Assembly (NCBI GenBank): GCA_964036045.1
Contig: OZ038378.1
Location: 9,982,001-10,046,000 of the forward strand
Direction of reading: 5' to 3'
Origin: Eutreptiella sp. 'Long Island Sound 2002'
Lineage: Eukaryota > Protista > Euglenida
DNA length: 64,000 nucleotides
Shown: piece after piece, positions 11,481-24,500 of the stretch
How positions within the stretch are numbered: the stretch's first letter is position 1
Layout of the letters: the number at the start of each line of letters is the position of its first letter
The notes under the pieces: generated by a model
Databases searched by the model: none
Told to the model about the DNA's origin: nothing
What the model saw: only the letters and a program-made list of their open reading frames with translations
Translations under genes and position numbers: made by a program

Positions 11481-14400
11481 GAATCCAATCCCGTTTTAAA
11501 CATTCAGCCCTGCATTGAGCTCATAGAGGATGGGGGTTTGATGGATGAGTTCACTACGATTTCGATCACGGCAGACGCCCACCCACGCATCGCAAGTGGC
11601 GAAGAGGCAACTTCAATGCCGGACCTGGGGATGCGCCCCACGAACTTGCTGTTGAGTCACGACTCTAGCCTTTGCATGGACGATGAGACCTATTTCATGC
11701 ACGAGCCGCCCATGTTCTCCATCCGGTCCATTGCGTCCATCGAAGTCCAACAGAGGCATTTGCAACAGATCCATAGAGAACGCACGTCCGTTCCGTTCCA
11801 CCACGAAGAAGACGATGAATATGCAGAAGCCAAAGTGAAGGTCAGATCAGAAGTGGATTGCAATCTCCATCAGGTACCCGTGCCGTAGGGATTGTTGTGG
11901 AGGTGAGGGTGGCAAGCGAGTGGGGAAGGGATGCCCAATGAAGATGCTCTAAGGGACTCCAAGACGATGGGCCCCGGTAGGCATGCGCTTGAAGGAGATG
12001 GGGTCCCCGCCCTCCTTGAAGTGACAGATCGTTCCGTTTCAACCGCTTCTGTATGCCACAAATGTGTGAACCGTTTGCACAGGGGGACAGCTGTCAGCAT
12101 GCCTGCACACTGTGCCAAGGAACCTCAGGTAAGAGTTTCCGGGAGGGAGACGACTCCGTCACAACGCCTGGAAGTCCCGAGTGTGAACGCAAAATAAGGG
12201 AGGAGCAGTTGCAAGCAACTTCGTGTGCCCACTCAGCAGGCGTGCAGGCCCCTGTCCAGGGGATCAGCAAAAATTTTGGAATGCACTATGTTGCTTCTTT
12301 CAAATTTTACATTTTTAGAAAATTTTTGGAGCCTTCTACAACACATTCACACTACCATTTTCGTTATATGTTTACTGTGCCTGCTTCACGGCAGTGGATT
12401 TGACCATGTAGGCAAAGCTTCCTCTATTTTGGTTTTGCAAGCGGAGAGGGTGTGTGGCTGAAACTGTTGCTGAGAAGTGTGCCCCCTTTGCTGTTTAGTT
12501 AGTTGTGTTTCCTTATGGTTGCTCTGAAAAACATGTGCGGTAGGTTAACTAAAAAAATAACATTTTCCTGTCTACGTTTTGCTACCAGGCTATCTTTGGC
12601 AGTGGAGGGTAATGCGCCTAAACCAGGGTTTTCTTCACCTCAGACAGCCTTTTTTTGTCGACAAATTGAGTGGATGATGGCAGTTGTTCACGTTCTTTTT
12701 TTAATTTTTCGGCCCAGTTTTGTGGTGCCGGTGCCGTAAAAGTTTACATTTTACCTTTCCCTCCAGCATGTGCAGTGCAGACTGAGTGGGGGGCATGGCC
12801 GGCCGCTTTCCGCCAGCTAAGTAGGATACTGTGAAAACCGCTTCCAGCGACTTGCTCTTGTGCCCATCATGCCCCTTGGAGCCCTTTGATACAGCTTTGT
12901 GGATGACATGGGGGCCCAACATCCCCTCGCTGACGGCGTTGTGATAGTGAGCTTGACCGTATGTTCACCACAGGGCTGCTCAACCACAGTGACCTGTGCT
13001 CCCTCTCTTACTTGCTACCCCCTTCAACACAACAATGGACAACCAGGTGCGTCCACGGTTGCTCATGGGCAACAGATCACGTCTCCTTACTTCAAGCTCG
13101 GGGCTAGTGCCCCATACCAACCCAAGAATACAACTCCCGGATCCCCCAAAACTCACAAGGGCCGGTGAGAAATTTAGTGAGCTATTTCAATAATATGGCC
13201 CACACCAGCCCCCCAGCCTCGGTACCAATGGATGCCGACACGGGAGCCCCCCCCCCCGGTTTGTAGCTACAGAAAGGGTTAGGTGGCCGACGGGACCAAA
13301 GTCATCTGTTGGAGGCGCTCCAAGAAGCCATGGGACACAACTGGTCTCCCTAGCCCTCTGCCAGAGCGTCACCCCCAGAGGTTGCACATGCCGAATACTG
13401 GACAGCACTGCATAGGCTACAAGAGGTCAGGCCTGGGAGCAGCAGGAGGATCTGGGGGTAGGGCAGTGTAGGCAGGAGATGAAACAATGGCAGGAAAGGA
13501 GACATCAAGCCAACAACTGTCAGGCAGAGCCTGGGACACTCTGTGATGAAACCCCCACTTTGGAAGCGGAACTGGAGGGTGAGTGGGTGTGGGGGTGTGG
13601 CGTTTGAGGAAAAGATGGCAATTTATTGTCATGTAGAATGATTTTGGAATCCGCCGGATGACTGATGGTGGCTGGTCCACGCGGAGTGCTAGGCAGTGAG
13701 GACATGTGTGGCCCTTCGGATGGACCTTGCAGAGGTGATCAGGCAGAGCTCCACTTCCAAATGGAATGTCACTGGAAGCAAGCAGCTGCCTCAGATGATG
13801 CCCTGAATGGCCTGTGCGTCCTGTAGTTTGCAGGCAGGTGCACTGCCTGGCGGCATTGTGGTACAGTGGCTCTGATGATTTGGCTCGTGGCATCTCCCAT
13901 GTACCTCATGCCAAGGATTCCTGCGCTGAATCCTGGGGCTCTGCAGTTTGGACTGGGAAGTGCCAACAGCAGGCTGCATTTTGTGGGCGAGCTAGTGCGG
14001 ATGCTCTGGTATTTGAGGCCTGGTTGGGTGTATTTTTTGATGTAGTCGCGAATGTGGGGCTGCGTGCAGGGCACTGGTGTGGATTCTGTGTATAATGTTT
14101 TCAGCAGATGTAATAGATGTTGGGATGGGTGGTGCTTGCAGTTTTGGGTGTGAAAGGGTGGTGTATATGGACATTGCGGATGAGGAGGTAGATGTCCGTT
14201 ACGTGGTGCACAGGAGGAAACAACATCAACAACATCAACAACAAATTCATCAACGTCGGGCAATTACTCCATGAGCTCCATGTGCTCATCCCCAACGAAG
14301 GCAGATGGAACAGGTGTTCTGGTCGTCGGCGCAGACCAGAACGTGTCCGGGTGTGATTTTGTTGGCGTTGCATTGCGTTGGCTTGCGCTTTCTCATCGAT

Positions 14401-15040
14401 GTCACTGCATGCGGCCTAACCCTAACCCTCACCCCACGCCTGGCATGCCCTTGACAATGCTTAGCAAACAGAAATCGGGAGCCTGCCAGCATTGTAAGTG
14501 CACGGTGCGCACCAAGCACCAACCAGCTGGCTGGCCCACGTCACGATGAAGGGTGTTGGCGATCAATGGTGGTTTCCTGAGGGTCAATGATGGGTGTTGA
14601 GGTCGTCGAGGGTTGCTGACGACGAACCACAGATTGTTCGGGGTGTTCCCAACCAATTCTTGACCAGTGCCGACAAGGGCTCGGCTGCGTGGGGCGGATG
14701 CCCCCCTCGCTCAGGGGCTGTGTATCACATTCTGCAGCCACGCAGGTGTTTGCGCAGTCAGAAAAGAAAATGGGGAATGGGGGCAAAAGGAGGGCTGTCA
14801 AGAGCTCCTGACAGCACCTGTCAACAGGGGAGGAGATTTAGTAGAGGTGTGCAGTCCTAAATCCCAGCATTGATGCCAGTGCCGTTATGCCCGTACAGCT
14901 CCGCCGACTCCTTTGAACTCCAAGCGAGCGCAGTCTCATAAGAACGCCATAATTTGTCGCATGCCCCGGCGACATTCACCAGGCTGGCTTTGCTCGTTCA
15001 CCAAGACCTTCAGGACCCAGTTCACACGCTTGTCCATGCG
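11481..15040 (+). CDS. Candidate upstream low-complexity exons, possibly the N-terminus of the caspase-ankyrin gene (e.g. 11481-11873, ~11930-12128, 14213-~14311, ~14909-15040)
   Basis: Open frames bounded by cag|...|gt (11481 ESNPVLNIQ...VDCNLHQ|gt; 14213 EETTSTTSTTNSSTSG). Weak GC3 bias and no domain; the chain could not be closed. Confidence 0.3.
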
Positions 15041-15515
15041 GTAGAATTTGGGGAAAGGCTTCCTGCAACAATGGCACGTGCAAACCGGGGGATAATCAAA
15101 ACTCAGCTGGTGGGCCGTTCATTACCCAACCTTCTGTAAATGGTACCTTGGCATGTGAATTCGAGTCGCACAGAGCTTGGGCGAAAACCTGAATTGGTGG
15201 CGGCCAGGGATGGGCGCCGCACGTTGAGGGGTTGGGGTTCGTCTTGGCAACAAAAAAAAAGACGGCGTGTTCGGACCATCGTGGGTATGTGGGTTGTCCG
15301 TGTTGCGTACCATCCGGGTTTCACCCAACCTAACGACAAAAAATAGGCACTTTTACTCAGTTGTAGGCCACCTATTGACCTCACTGGCACAATTGGTGAC
15401 CCCCTTTTGCACAAAACACGTGTCCCGAGGCGCTGAAAATGACCTGAGATCCCACTTTCTCACGATTGAATTGTATGACTTGTGTGGCCTCGTTCTCTTA
15501 CTTGTGACGAGCCAG

Positions 15516-18500
15516 ATACGTTTGTGTACAGGTGGGCGCTACGGGCCCATGTCGCACTCTCCACCCCCTACACGGTGATGGCTGGCAAAACAGGAAATCC
15601 CGCCGCAAGAGGCGCATGCTGGCAGGCCAGGCTCGGGCCGGCCGGCACGGCAGGGCAGGCACGGGAGTCACCCAGCCACAACCAACGGAAGGTGCTAACC
15701 AACCTGAGGGCTCAGGTACCAGGTACCAGGGCCCAGGTCTGCTGGATGGGGAGTTCAAAACGGGCCGCAAAGGTGTTTTTTTCATCATCGCAGATGGTGT
15801 AAATGCCACAAGAACCTTGGAAGATTCGATGTTTTAGGCACGTGGGGTGAAAAATCCCCCAGTTCGGTGCAGACTGCAATTTCGCTGCGTTGCTGCAGGT
15901 GGGACTCCAGTCATCCTGGTGCATCCTACCATGCTTCTTGCATCACAACATCACCGACCCCACCCCTCCGGGAGGGCATCACAGATCCCCAGCGCAAAAC
16001 TACTTCCATGAGACAACACAAAGTTTTCCTCAGAAGAACGGGGCATGTGCCTGTCAAAAAGGGCCGGGGCCAGCCCTTTTGGAAAGGCCAGTGGCCGCGA
16101 AACATGTCCTTTTGCCTCCCACCATGTTCGTGGGATCACATCATACCAACGCCACCCCTCTGCAGGAGCACCACAGGGCCCTATGACCTGGTCGTTCGGA
16201 CAGCTCGCCGGTAAGGCCAGCCCTGATAAGACTGGAGCACCCCCATCTGTCCCTAGCCCGCTGGTTCATACTGGTCTCCCGGTGTTCCTCCCCTTCCCGC
16301 ATGCATACACCCGACATCACGCGTCTGCCCACAGGTCCTGGCTGCCGTATGCTGCAATCGATGCCCAAGCTGCTTGCATTGCTTTGCAAGCAAGGGGGTA
16401 CTCCGTCACACTGTTAACGGGCGTGCGAGCGACAGAGGACCGTGTCTGCTCTGCACTCCGTGACCTCGTGGGCAATTATCGCAACTTGGGATTCTGGTAC
16501 GCAGGGCACAGTTGCAACAACGGTCGAAATCTACTTTTCTATGACACCGACGGGTTCACACAGAAGGAGAAGGACGAAACCACCGCAGATGTCATAGTCC
16601 AACAAATCAAAGAAGGTGTGCAAGGAGAGCCTCAGGTTTAGGTGGCAGGATTGCGCTCAACCGACTATCTAAGGGTCAGCCGACGTCGGTTGGGCGACAA
16701 CCGACAGCCGTCGCTGATCAGCCGGTGCTCTGTTGATGTCCGGGCGTCCTGGATGGCGGCACTTTTTTGGGGTGCATGAGTGGTGGTCCAGCATTTCTGC
16801 TGCGGCACTTCCTTCAGGTGCTCCGTATTCTTCAGGCAGTCTGCTGCCGCACTTGCTTCACGCCTGCACACACAGCCGCATCGTGTCTGCACGGTACCTG
16901 ATCCACGCCGGCCAGACGCCAGGGACGATGAGCCCATCGGGAATTCACACTGCAAGCGTCGGTGGACGGAGGCACAGGCCAGCGGCATGGGAGGAACTCT
17001 CAGTAACGTGGGGGCAGACGTGTGGGAGGGGGAGCACGGGCTGCGGGGTGGGTCGGGGGGGATCCTGCGGAGTTGTGAGCATAGGAAGTGACCCCAACGG
17101 TTGCCGCAGGATGTGGCTGTGTCATACACAACACAGCAGTCAATACGTCATCGCAACATAACACATTTCAACAGTTTGCTCCATCAAGGTCCTCTGCAAA
17201 GCAGGCATTAAGGGGAGAGACTGTATTCCCACACCCCTCTCCCCTTCAATGCACCTCGCAGCAACAAGCAACCAAGCACGTCCCCGGGCCGGTTTGCTGA
17301 TCAGCCCCTCTCGACGCTTTGAGCTCTATTCCACTGCAGCCATTTTGTGCATTGATTGACATGTGCTGTATTTCACACGAAGTGGGAGGGGGAGGCCGTC
17401 AGACTGCTTTTTGGAATTTGCGGGAACCTGGCGGCAATTTCTTGAACTTTGCTGCAACGCGTGTACAGGAACATGTGGAGACATGTTCTGCCCCCCGCCA
17501 AAGGGCCACCGGCAACCCGCCAGCCCTTTGCCTTCGCCCCCTCACACGGAGCGACACCCTCATACTCCTACGCACGTCCATCATGTTTGCTTTTCTTGTT
17601 CGGTTGCAGTCCCTTCTGAAGTGCATTCTTCCCACATACACTTCACTTTTGCACCATCCCAGGGGGTCCCGCCATCGTTGCGGTATCCACGCTCACAGCA
17701 TCGGGTTTCGGCCGCAGCATCAGCAGCTTCCAACACCTGAAAGCGGGGGTAGTGTACATGACGTGGCTGGCCCCCCGAGTGCCACGCGTACCATCATGGG
17801 CAAGCCCTTACCCCATGCACAGCCCCTGCACACGCAGAAGCCCACACTCCACACCCCTGCACACCACTTCCCGTGTTTGCATCCATGCATCTGCTGGCTG
17901 TCACACCAGCCACACCTACACACCACATTCACACCAAGAGACCCCCATGCCCACACGTTGACATCCCTGACCAGCGGTGCATCCCCACACATCTGCCAAC
18001 ATCAGGTGGTGCAGCCGACCACTTCTTCTCGGTCCTGGATTGCTGCCATGCAGGGTACATGGCGGAGGTGTTGAAGAGGCGGCTGATGGAGCACTGTCCT
18101 CAACTGTCCTTTGACGTGTTTACATCCACCCCACTGCACGTGTCAAGGTGTGCCCCCAGTGCCAGCGCTGGACATGCCCCCGACTCGCTCAGGTTGAGAG
18201 CAACTGCGCGCATTCCGCAGGTACAGGGTGGTGATCTTCAGGGGAGAGGCTGTGATCAGAGTCGTCGCACCAGCGTGAGGCGTCGGCTCCGTGAAACAGT
18301 ACAGAGGGGGGAGGCGGTTTGGTGGCACAATATCGTTTTCTAAAATAGAAACCGAAATTTCCCCCCAAAAAACGCTGTTCCCTGGCGCTTCATGTTTGTG
18401 GGCATTTCTGTTGCAGTCTCCGTTCGCCGTGCTGTTTTGATCCGCCCTTGTGCTGCTGTTGCCATCGCTGATCGTTTGCTGTGACCAGTGTACCCCCCAT

Positions 18501-21500
18501 CCCCACCCCATTTGGGGGGTTCAGCGAAGGAGGCGAATCATGGAGCCCGTCCCTCCATTCATGTCCTTTCCCTCCTCCCGCTCCCGCACCCCCTGCCACT
18601 ACTGCGCCCAGCCTGTGAATCTGATCCAGACCCTGCGCACAGTGCCCCGGTGCATTTCGGCATAACTTACGCACATCTTCTTGGGCGCACCTTTCCAGAG
18701 GGGCCTCCCCCCCAGCCCCCACCTGCATCGCGTTCGGCTTTGTTCTGGGGGAACAGACGGTTCCCCCATTCGTGGGCGTTGGCGTGTTTCATGCAGAAAA
18801 ATTCTGTCCGAATCGTGAGCACTCGCAGACAGGCGCACGCAGACACGCATGCGTGGAAGACATTGGCTGCGGGGATGTGCGTTGGAGGGGTGGTCAACAG
18901 GCCTTTGCTTAGTGGCTGGTTGATACTATACCGGGGGGGGGGGGGGTCAGAGGCCAAAAAAAAGTTTGTGTACCTAAAATCGACCTCCAAGTTCGGGCCC
19001 CTTTGATAAATTTCATTTTTCTCCTGAGGAAAAATTTTCTGATGTGGGTGGGTGGGTGGGTCAGCCAAAATCCCGGAGGGCCAATTTGACCCCCCCCCCC
19101 CCCCCCAGTATCACTAAGCAAAGGCCTGGTGGTGAAACCATTGCTTGGGGAGCATGCCCAGCCTCATGCGCAGCAGCGGGCGGGTACTGCGAGCCATTTG
19201 TGCAGTTTTGTGGTTTTGTGTGTCTGGGGAAGGCGTGTTCCGGACTCCTCTCCTTTGGTGTACCCCCGGGGGCCGCTACGCCGTGGCCTGGGTGGCGGTG
19301 GGAGCACTGCACGGCACCGGGTGCGCAACACACGCAGTCCCGTTGACCACGTTCTGCCGTGCGTCACAGAGCCTCGCCCCTGAACATCGCCATGGACAGT
19401 TACCAGAGCTTCACGGCGCGCATGGTCTGCTCCCTCATGCAGCACCAGGAGCGGGTCCCCGGCACCAAAGTGTTGGAGCAGACCACCGCCCCCTACGAAC
19501 CCCCGACCCCTTGGCCCACGAGTCCCGAGCCGCTGCTCTCCTTCGCCCCGAGCACTCCCCCCCCACCCCCGACGTCCGCGCAGACCGGGACGGATCCCGC
19601 CGGCACCGACAACAGCCAGCCCCCACCCATTGGAACCTCAAAGTTAGTGCCGACCGCCAGCCGCGCGCCGCGCCGCGCCCATAGCGCACCCCCCCCGATC
19701 CCGAAACCTGCCGCGCGCGCTCTGCCTGGCGGTCCTGCGGCGGATGTGGGCGACGACAGTGCACACCTGACGTACATGCACTGCCACACACTGCCCCCGC
19801 AGCCGCTGCCGTTCACCTGGGCCCCCATCCAGCGCTCCCCGCACCCGCTGCCCTCGGTTTGGGAGGCCCGGCCCATGTTCGCGGCACAGCCCCGCGGCGG
19901 GCCCTTCACGGAACTGCGGAACACGGTGCGCTGCAACGACCGCGACAAGACGATCCAGTGCCTTGAGGAGCTCAAGTCGGACCCCTCGATCTTGGCCCAG
20001 ACGGACTCTGCGGGGCAGAACCCCCTCCACTGGGCCTCTGTATTCAACAACCTGACGTTTTTGCAGATGGCGTATGAGTTGTTGGGGCGTTCAGGTGTGA
20101 GCAGCGGGGGGTCTCTGCAGGCGACAAGCCCTTGGGTCTGTTGTGGAGGGGTCCGCTTTGGCAGTCGGTTTGCGGACGGCGGTCGGCGGCCGACCCAAGT
20201 TTGTTTGTGGCGTGCCTCATGGGCATCCTTGTGTAGCGGAAAGTGCGATTCGAGGTCATCAGATTGCAGGGGCGTGGTCCCGCATGCAACCAAAGCTGCA
20301 GTGCACGGTCCGTGTACCCTCAGCACCCCCTGTACCCGTTGTAACCCACTGTTACCCCTGTCCTCCTGTACCCCCTTTACCCCCCGTACCCCATGTGGGA
20401 TGTAGGGTGTGGTCTATGCGTACAGGGCTGCAGTGCGAGTAGCGAGGCGGTTCACGTGCAATACGCCAACAGAATAGGGAAGTGTGTGACCAGGGAACAT
20501 TTGAAAGATCATCGATCGGAAATCAAAAGTCACGCAGTCTGTCATTCCGCTTCGTAGCCTGGCTGTCATTCCTGGTTTTATTTTCCAGTGGATCCCAGCA
20601 GCTTGTTGGTTGGATCTCCAGCCGTTCTCTCCCGCAGTGCTGGCCGTGTTCCACCCTCATTCAAATGCATGGCATGGCAATGCCATCTGCTGCTTCCGCC
20701 TGGAGTTCGAAGTTTGTTCCATGTGCATCATCTTTTGTCATGCATGCCTCAAAGTTTGTCTTCGAGACGCATTTCGTTACACATGCACCCAAAATTGTCC
20801 GTGGGGGTGGAGGAGTTGTTCGGGGGGTGGGGGTTCGACACCCCATTTTTCGATCGCCAGAGGTTTTTTTTTACGAATTTTATCGATTTTGCTCCAAAAA
20901 GGTTTTCCGGTCCCAGGTCCGTGGGGCTCTGGCTCTTCCTCAGGCCGGCCGTGGCCCGTTTGAAATCACTCTTTGCACTGAAAACAGGGTCAAAAGTAAG
21001 CAAGAGTACAAATCGTTGAAAGCAGGTTTTAGCCTCGACAGTTCAAAAATCCACATTTCCAAGACCAAGTTTTTTGCTACTGTGGCCAGTCACACTGATT
21101 CAAGCCAGTTTTGAAGTGGGCATGCGTGCAAGGGAAGGGAGCCCCCGCATCCCCCGGTGAGATTCCGTTCCAGCCGCTTCTGTCCGCCCCCAACCGCCCA
21201 CCAACCGTTGCGCAACCGCCCAAATTTGCTCTCCAACCATTTCCCCCCCAGCAGCTACCGCTTTGACCCCCTCTAATAACACCCCCCTCCAGCCCCTTGC
21301 CCGTACACCTGCAACGGACCCGCCCCTGCCCGTTGCCTCTGTCCATTGCGCCCCCCGCCTCAGTGGAATGGTTCAACCAGAAGGACAACAACCAGCGCAC
21401 GCCGTTGCACTTGGCGGTGTGGAACAACCACAAGAACTGCGTGCTGTTCCTGCTGTCCATCAACGTCGACAAGAACGCCCAGGACAAGGGCGGCTACACG

Positions 21501-24500
21501 CCGCTGTACTTCGCCGTGTACCGCGGCTACGAGGCCATCGTGCTGATCCTGATGGAACACCACTGCGACTGCACCATCCCGTCGTACATGCAGGAGAGCC
21601 ACCTGACGCCCCTGAACCAGGCCTGTGTGCTGGGGCACACCACCGTCATCCGGCTCCTGCTCGGGCTGGACAAGCGCACGCAGCACTTGCTCGTGTTCTG
21701 CCACCCGATGCAGAAGCACAACAGCCGCAACACGGTGGTCCAGCGCACCAGCCCCCAGCACACCCCCGACGACGCCGCGGGCTTCCCCACCGAGACCCCG
21801 GCGGCGGAGCCGGTGTCCATCGAGAAGCGGCTGGAGGGGTACGTGAACGACCCCGACATGAACAACAACACGCCGCTGATCTCTGCCATCCGCAACCGCC
21901 ATCTGGAGGCCGTCACGCTCCTGCTGCAGATGCGGGCCAACCCGGCGTGCACGGACAAGCACGGGGACACCGCGCTGCACATTGCTGTCAACGGGTCCTG
22001 CCTCCCGCCCCCCCATGCTCCCGCTGAGGCCTGCAGTGGACTGGCTCATGGTGCCGGACCCCCCCCCCCTCTCCTGGCCACGTGTTACAAATCCCCACAG
22101 CAGCAGTGGAGGGCACCCTCCACGGGGGGGGCCGTCTCCTCGGTCCGGGTACGCGACTCCCCCCCCCCCCCCTCCGGGCCCTCCGGGCCCACTTAGTTAC
22201 CAAGGGTCAATGGCTACTAGCCATACATAGGGGGAACGTTAGCGCGCCGGGCGCGCGCCGGGCATCTTTTTGGACCCGTGCCCCACCGGTGACCTTTTAG
22301 GGGGTGCGCTAAGGGGGCGCACTTAGGACAATCTTTGAATCCACGCTTCGTTGTATGGTGCATCATGGTGACCCCCGGCATAGGTTTTGACTTCCGATTT
22401 TGTTCCCTTTGTTGGGGACCCCCGAGAATGCAGGGGTGATGTAGCATTTCCGCCCTCTTTTGGGCCCCAACCGTCCGGTGCTATTGAGGAAACCGGGACA
22501 ATCTTTGAATCCACGCTTTATTGCGTGGTGCATCATGGCCCTCCCCAGGCAGGGGGTGTGGGCGCCTACAACCACCTTTGCATTGGTGAGGAGGTAGAGT
22601 GGAGGCCTCCGTTGTTGTAGAGTAACCCCTTAGGCCACCGCGTCTCTGCCAAACTGAACTAGACCTCTGCTAACCCCCTCCCCTAGCCCCCCTCCCCCCC
22701 CGGCAACTAGCAGCGACTAGCAAGTCCCTTAGAGAAGCCCTCCTCGGCGGCTAGCCCCCCCCCCCAAAAGCCCCCCCCCCCCCCCCCCCTAGGGGCCTTC
22801 GGCCCACTTCTGCTGGGGGGGAGAGTCGCGTCTAAAAGCGAGGAGACGGCCCCCCGGTGGCACCCTCCCTTCACGGTCTCAAAATGACTGAATGCGAAGC
22901 CTGTCAGCGCTGGAGTTGGAGCAGTCTTAAAAAAAAAATGGGGAGCGGATATTCCGCCTTCACCCACACCACTACCCCCCCCCCCCCCCCCTGCAGCTCC
23001 ACCAACGCCGCACCAACACCGACACCAACAATGGCGGAACGCGCTCACCCATGCAACAACAATAGAGGGCAGCCCAGGACAGCAAAGGACAGCCCAGAAA
23101 AGACGCCCGGGGCACTGCGGACCCTGGGTGATGAGCCAACAGACTCTTTACAGGGGAGGGGGGGGAGGCCGCGGACTCCTCCCTCTCCCCAACTGCGGGG
23201 ACGCGTACGAAGGGGAACTAGCCCCGGTCCCGAACCCTTAGACTGAGGGCGGGCGCTATGTGCATGGTCTACCACCGCCGCGTCAGCTAAGGCCATCATG
23301 CCAGCAAACAGCATGCAACTACGCCCAGGACAGACTGGGATATGTGGGCCAGCAGAAGCAAGTGGCCGAAACCACCCACATTAAGCACACTGACACCAAC
23401 AAGGAGCCCCCTTGAGCCAGGATCTCCCTCCTCAAGGGGAAGGAGGGGGCAGGGAGAGACGAACCCACTCCCACCCCCCCTCCCCCGCCCCCTCCCCTAC
23501 CCCCTCCCTACAGCAACACGCACCCCCGCCACCCAATGCCCCCCAGGGCAGAAAGAATGGAGAGGGCAGGGAAGAAACAGGGCAGGGGAAAGGGACGAAC
23601 CAAGGAGGGTAACAGGGCAGGGCAGACCGCGCTCGCCGAAAATGGTGCAGAGCGCAGAAGGGGAACAAGGAAAGGAAAAACGGGAAAAAATCATTGTGGT
23701 TGTTAGAAGCCCCTGTCAGGAAAATTATCCTGCAGATGCACACCCCAGCGCGCTCAAGTCAGTGCTGGAGTCGGCAAACCCAGCATGGACTCGGAGTGTG
23801 CATCTGGATGCACCTGGTCAACGGCACGGGCAACAGCCCATCTCCGGGACAGCCGACCCTGGAGTAGTCAAACAGGACAAGTCATCCAGGGGCTCCGTTG
23901 ACACGACCAAAACACGTTCGGGCCCACAGAGGGTCAGATTGAGCAGTGGCGAGAGGCCAATAGGCGCCGCCAAAGGCAAACAATCAGATACCGAGGCCTT
24001 GTGCCAACCCCCCCCCCCTCCTCCTGCTGACGTCTGACTGACAGCTACTGACTGCGATTGTCTGACTACCTGTAGGCAGACATGATGTTCTGGTTTCTGT
24101 TTCACACACAGTGTGTGTCTTGAGGTTTAACCAGGTTTGGCACAGAGAATAGAGATGCACTGATGCCTTACTGTGGGGTGCATTACCTCGGGTTTGCACT
24201 TGTCTGTTTTTTAATTGCCCCCCCCCCCTCCATTCTAAAGCAAGGTTGCATCCACTGACCTACATTCACCCGCCACCGGCAGGGTTCAGATGCAGTCATT
24301 CCTGGACAGCGAAGTTCAGGCGGGGTCCATACAGGATGGCAGGTTGACGTGCAGTACCACCGGACGTCCGGTGCCATGTCCGTTGTATGCCCTGCTTTGG
24401 TTGGTTGGGGGCAGTTCTGGGAGGAGGGGGGTCTGGTCTTGCCCTTTGGGGGGCGGAGGCCTGTTGGATCTGGTGTGCTGCCTTTTGTTTGTCTGTACTC

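Noticed and set aside
16818-17050. Possible extra exon inside caspase domain 1
   Set aside because: The direct 16615-to-18006 join gives canonical His-to-Cys spacing, and the segment encodes no caspase-like sequence; an alternative exon cannot be fully excluded.
21110-21310. Additional hAT MITE
   Set aside because: Resembles a repeat, but no matching TSD or clear TIR pair could be identified.
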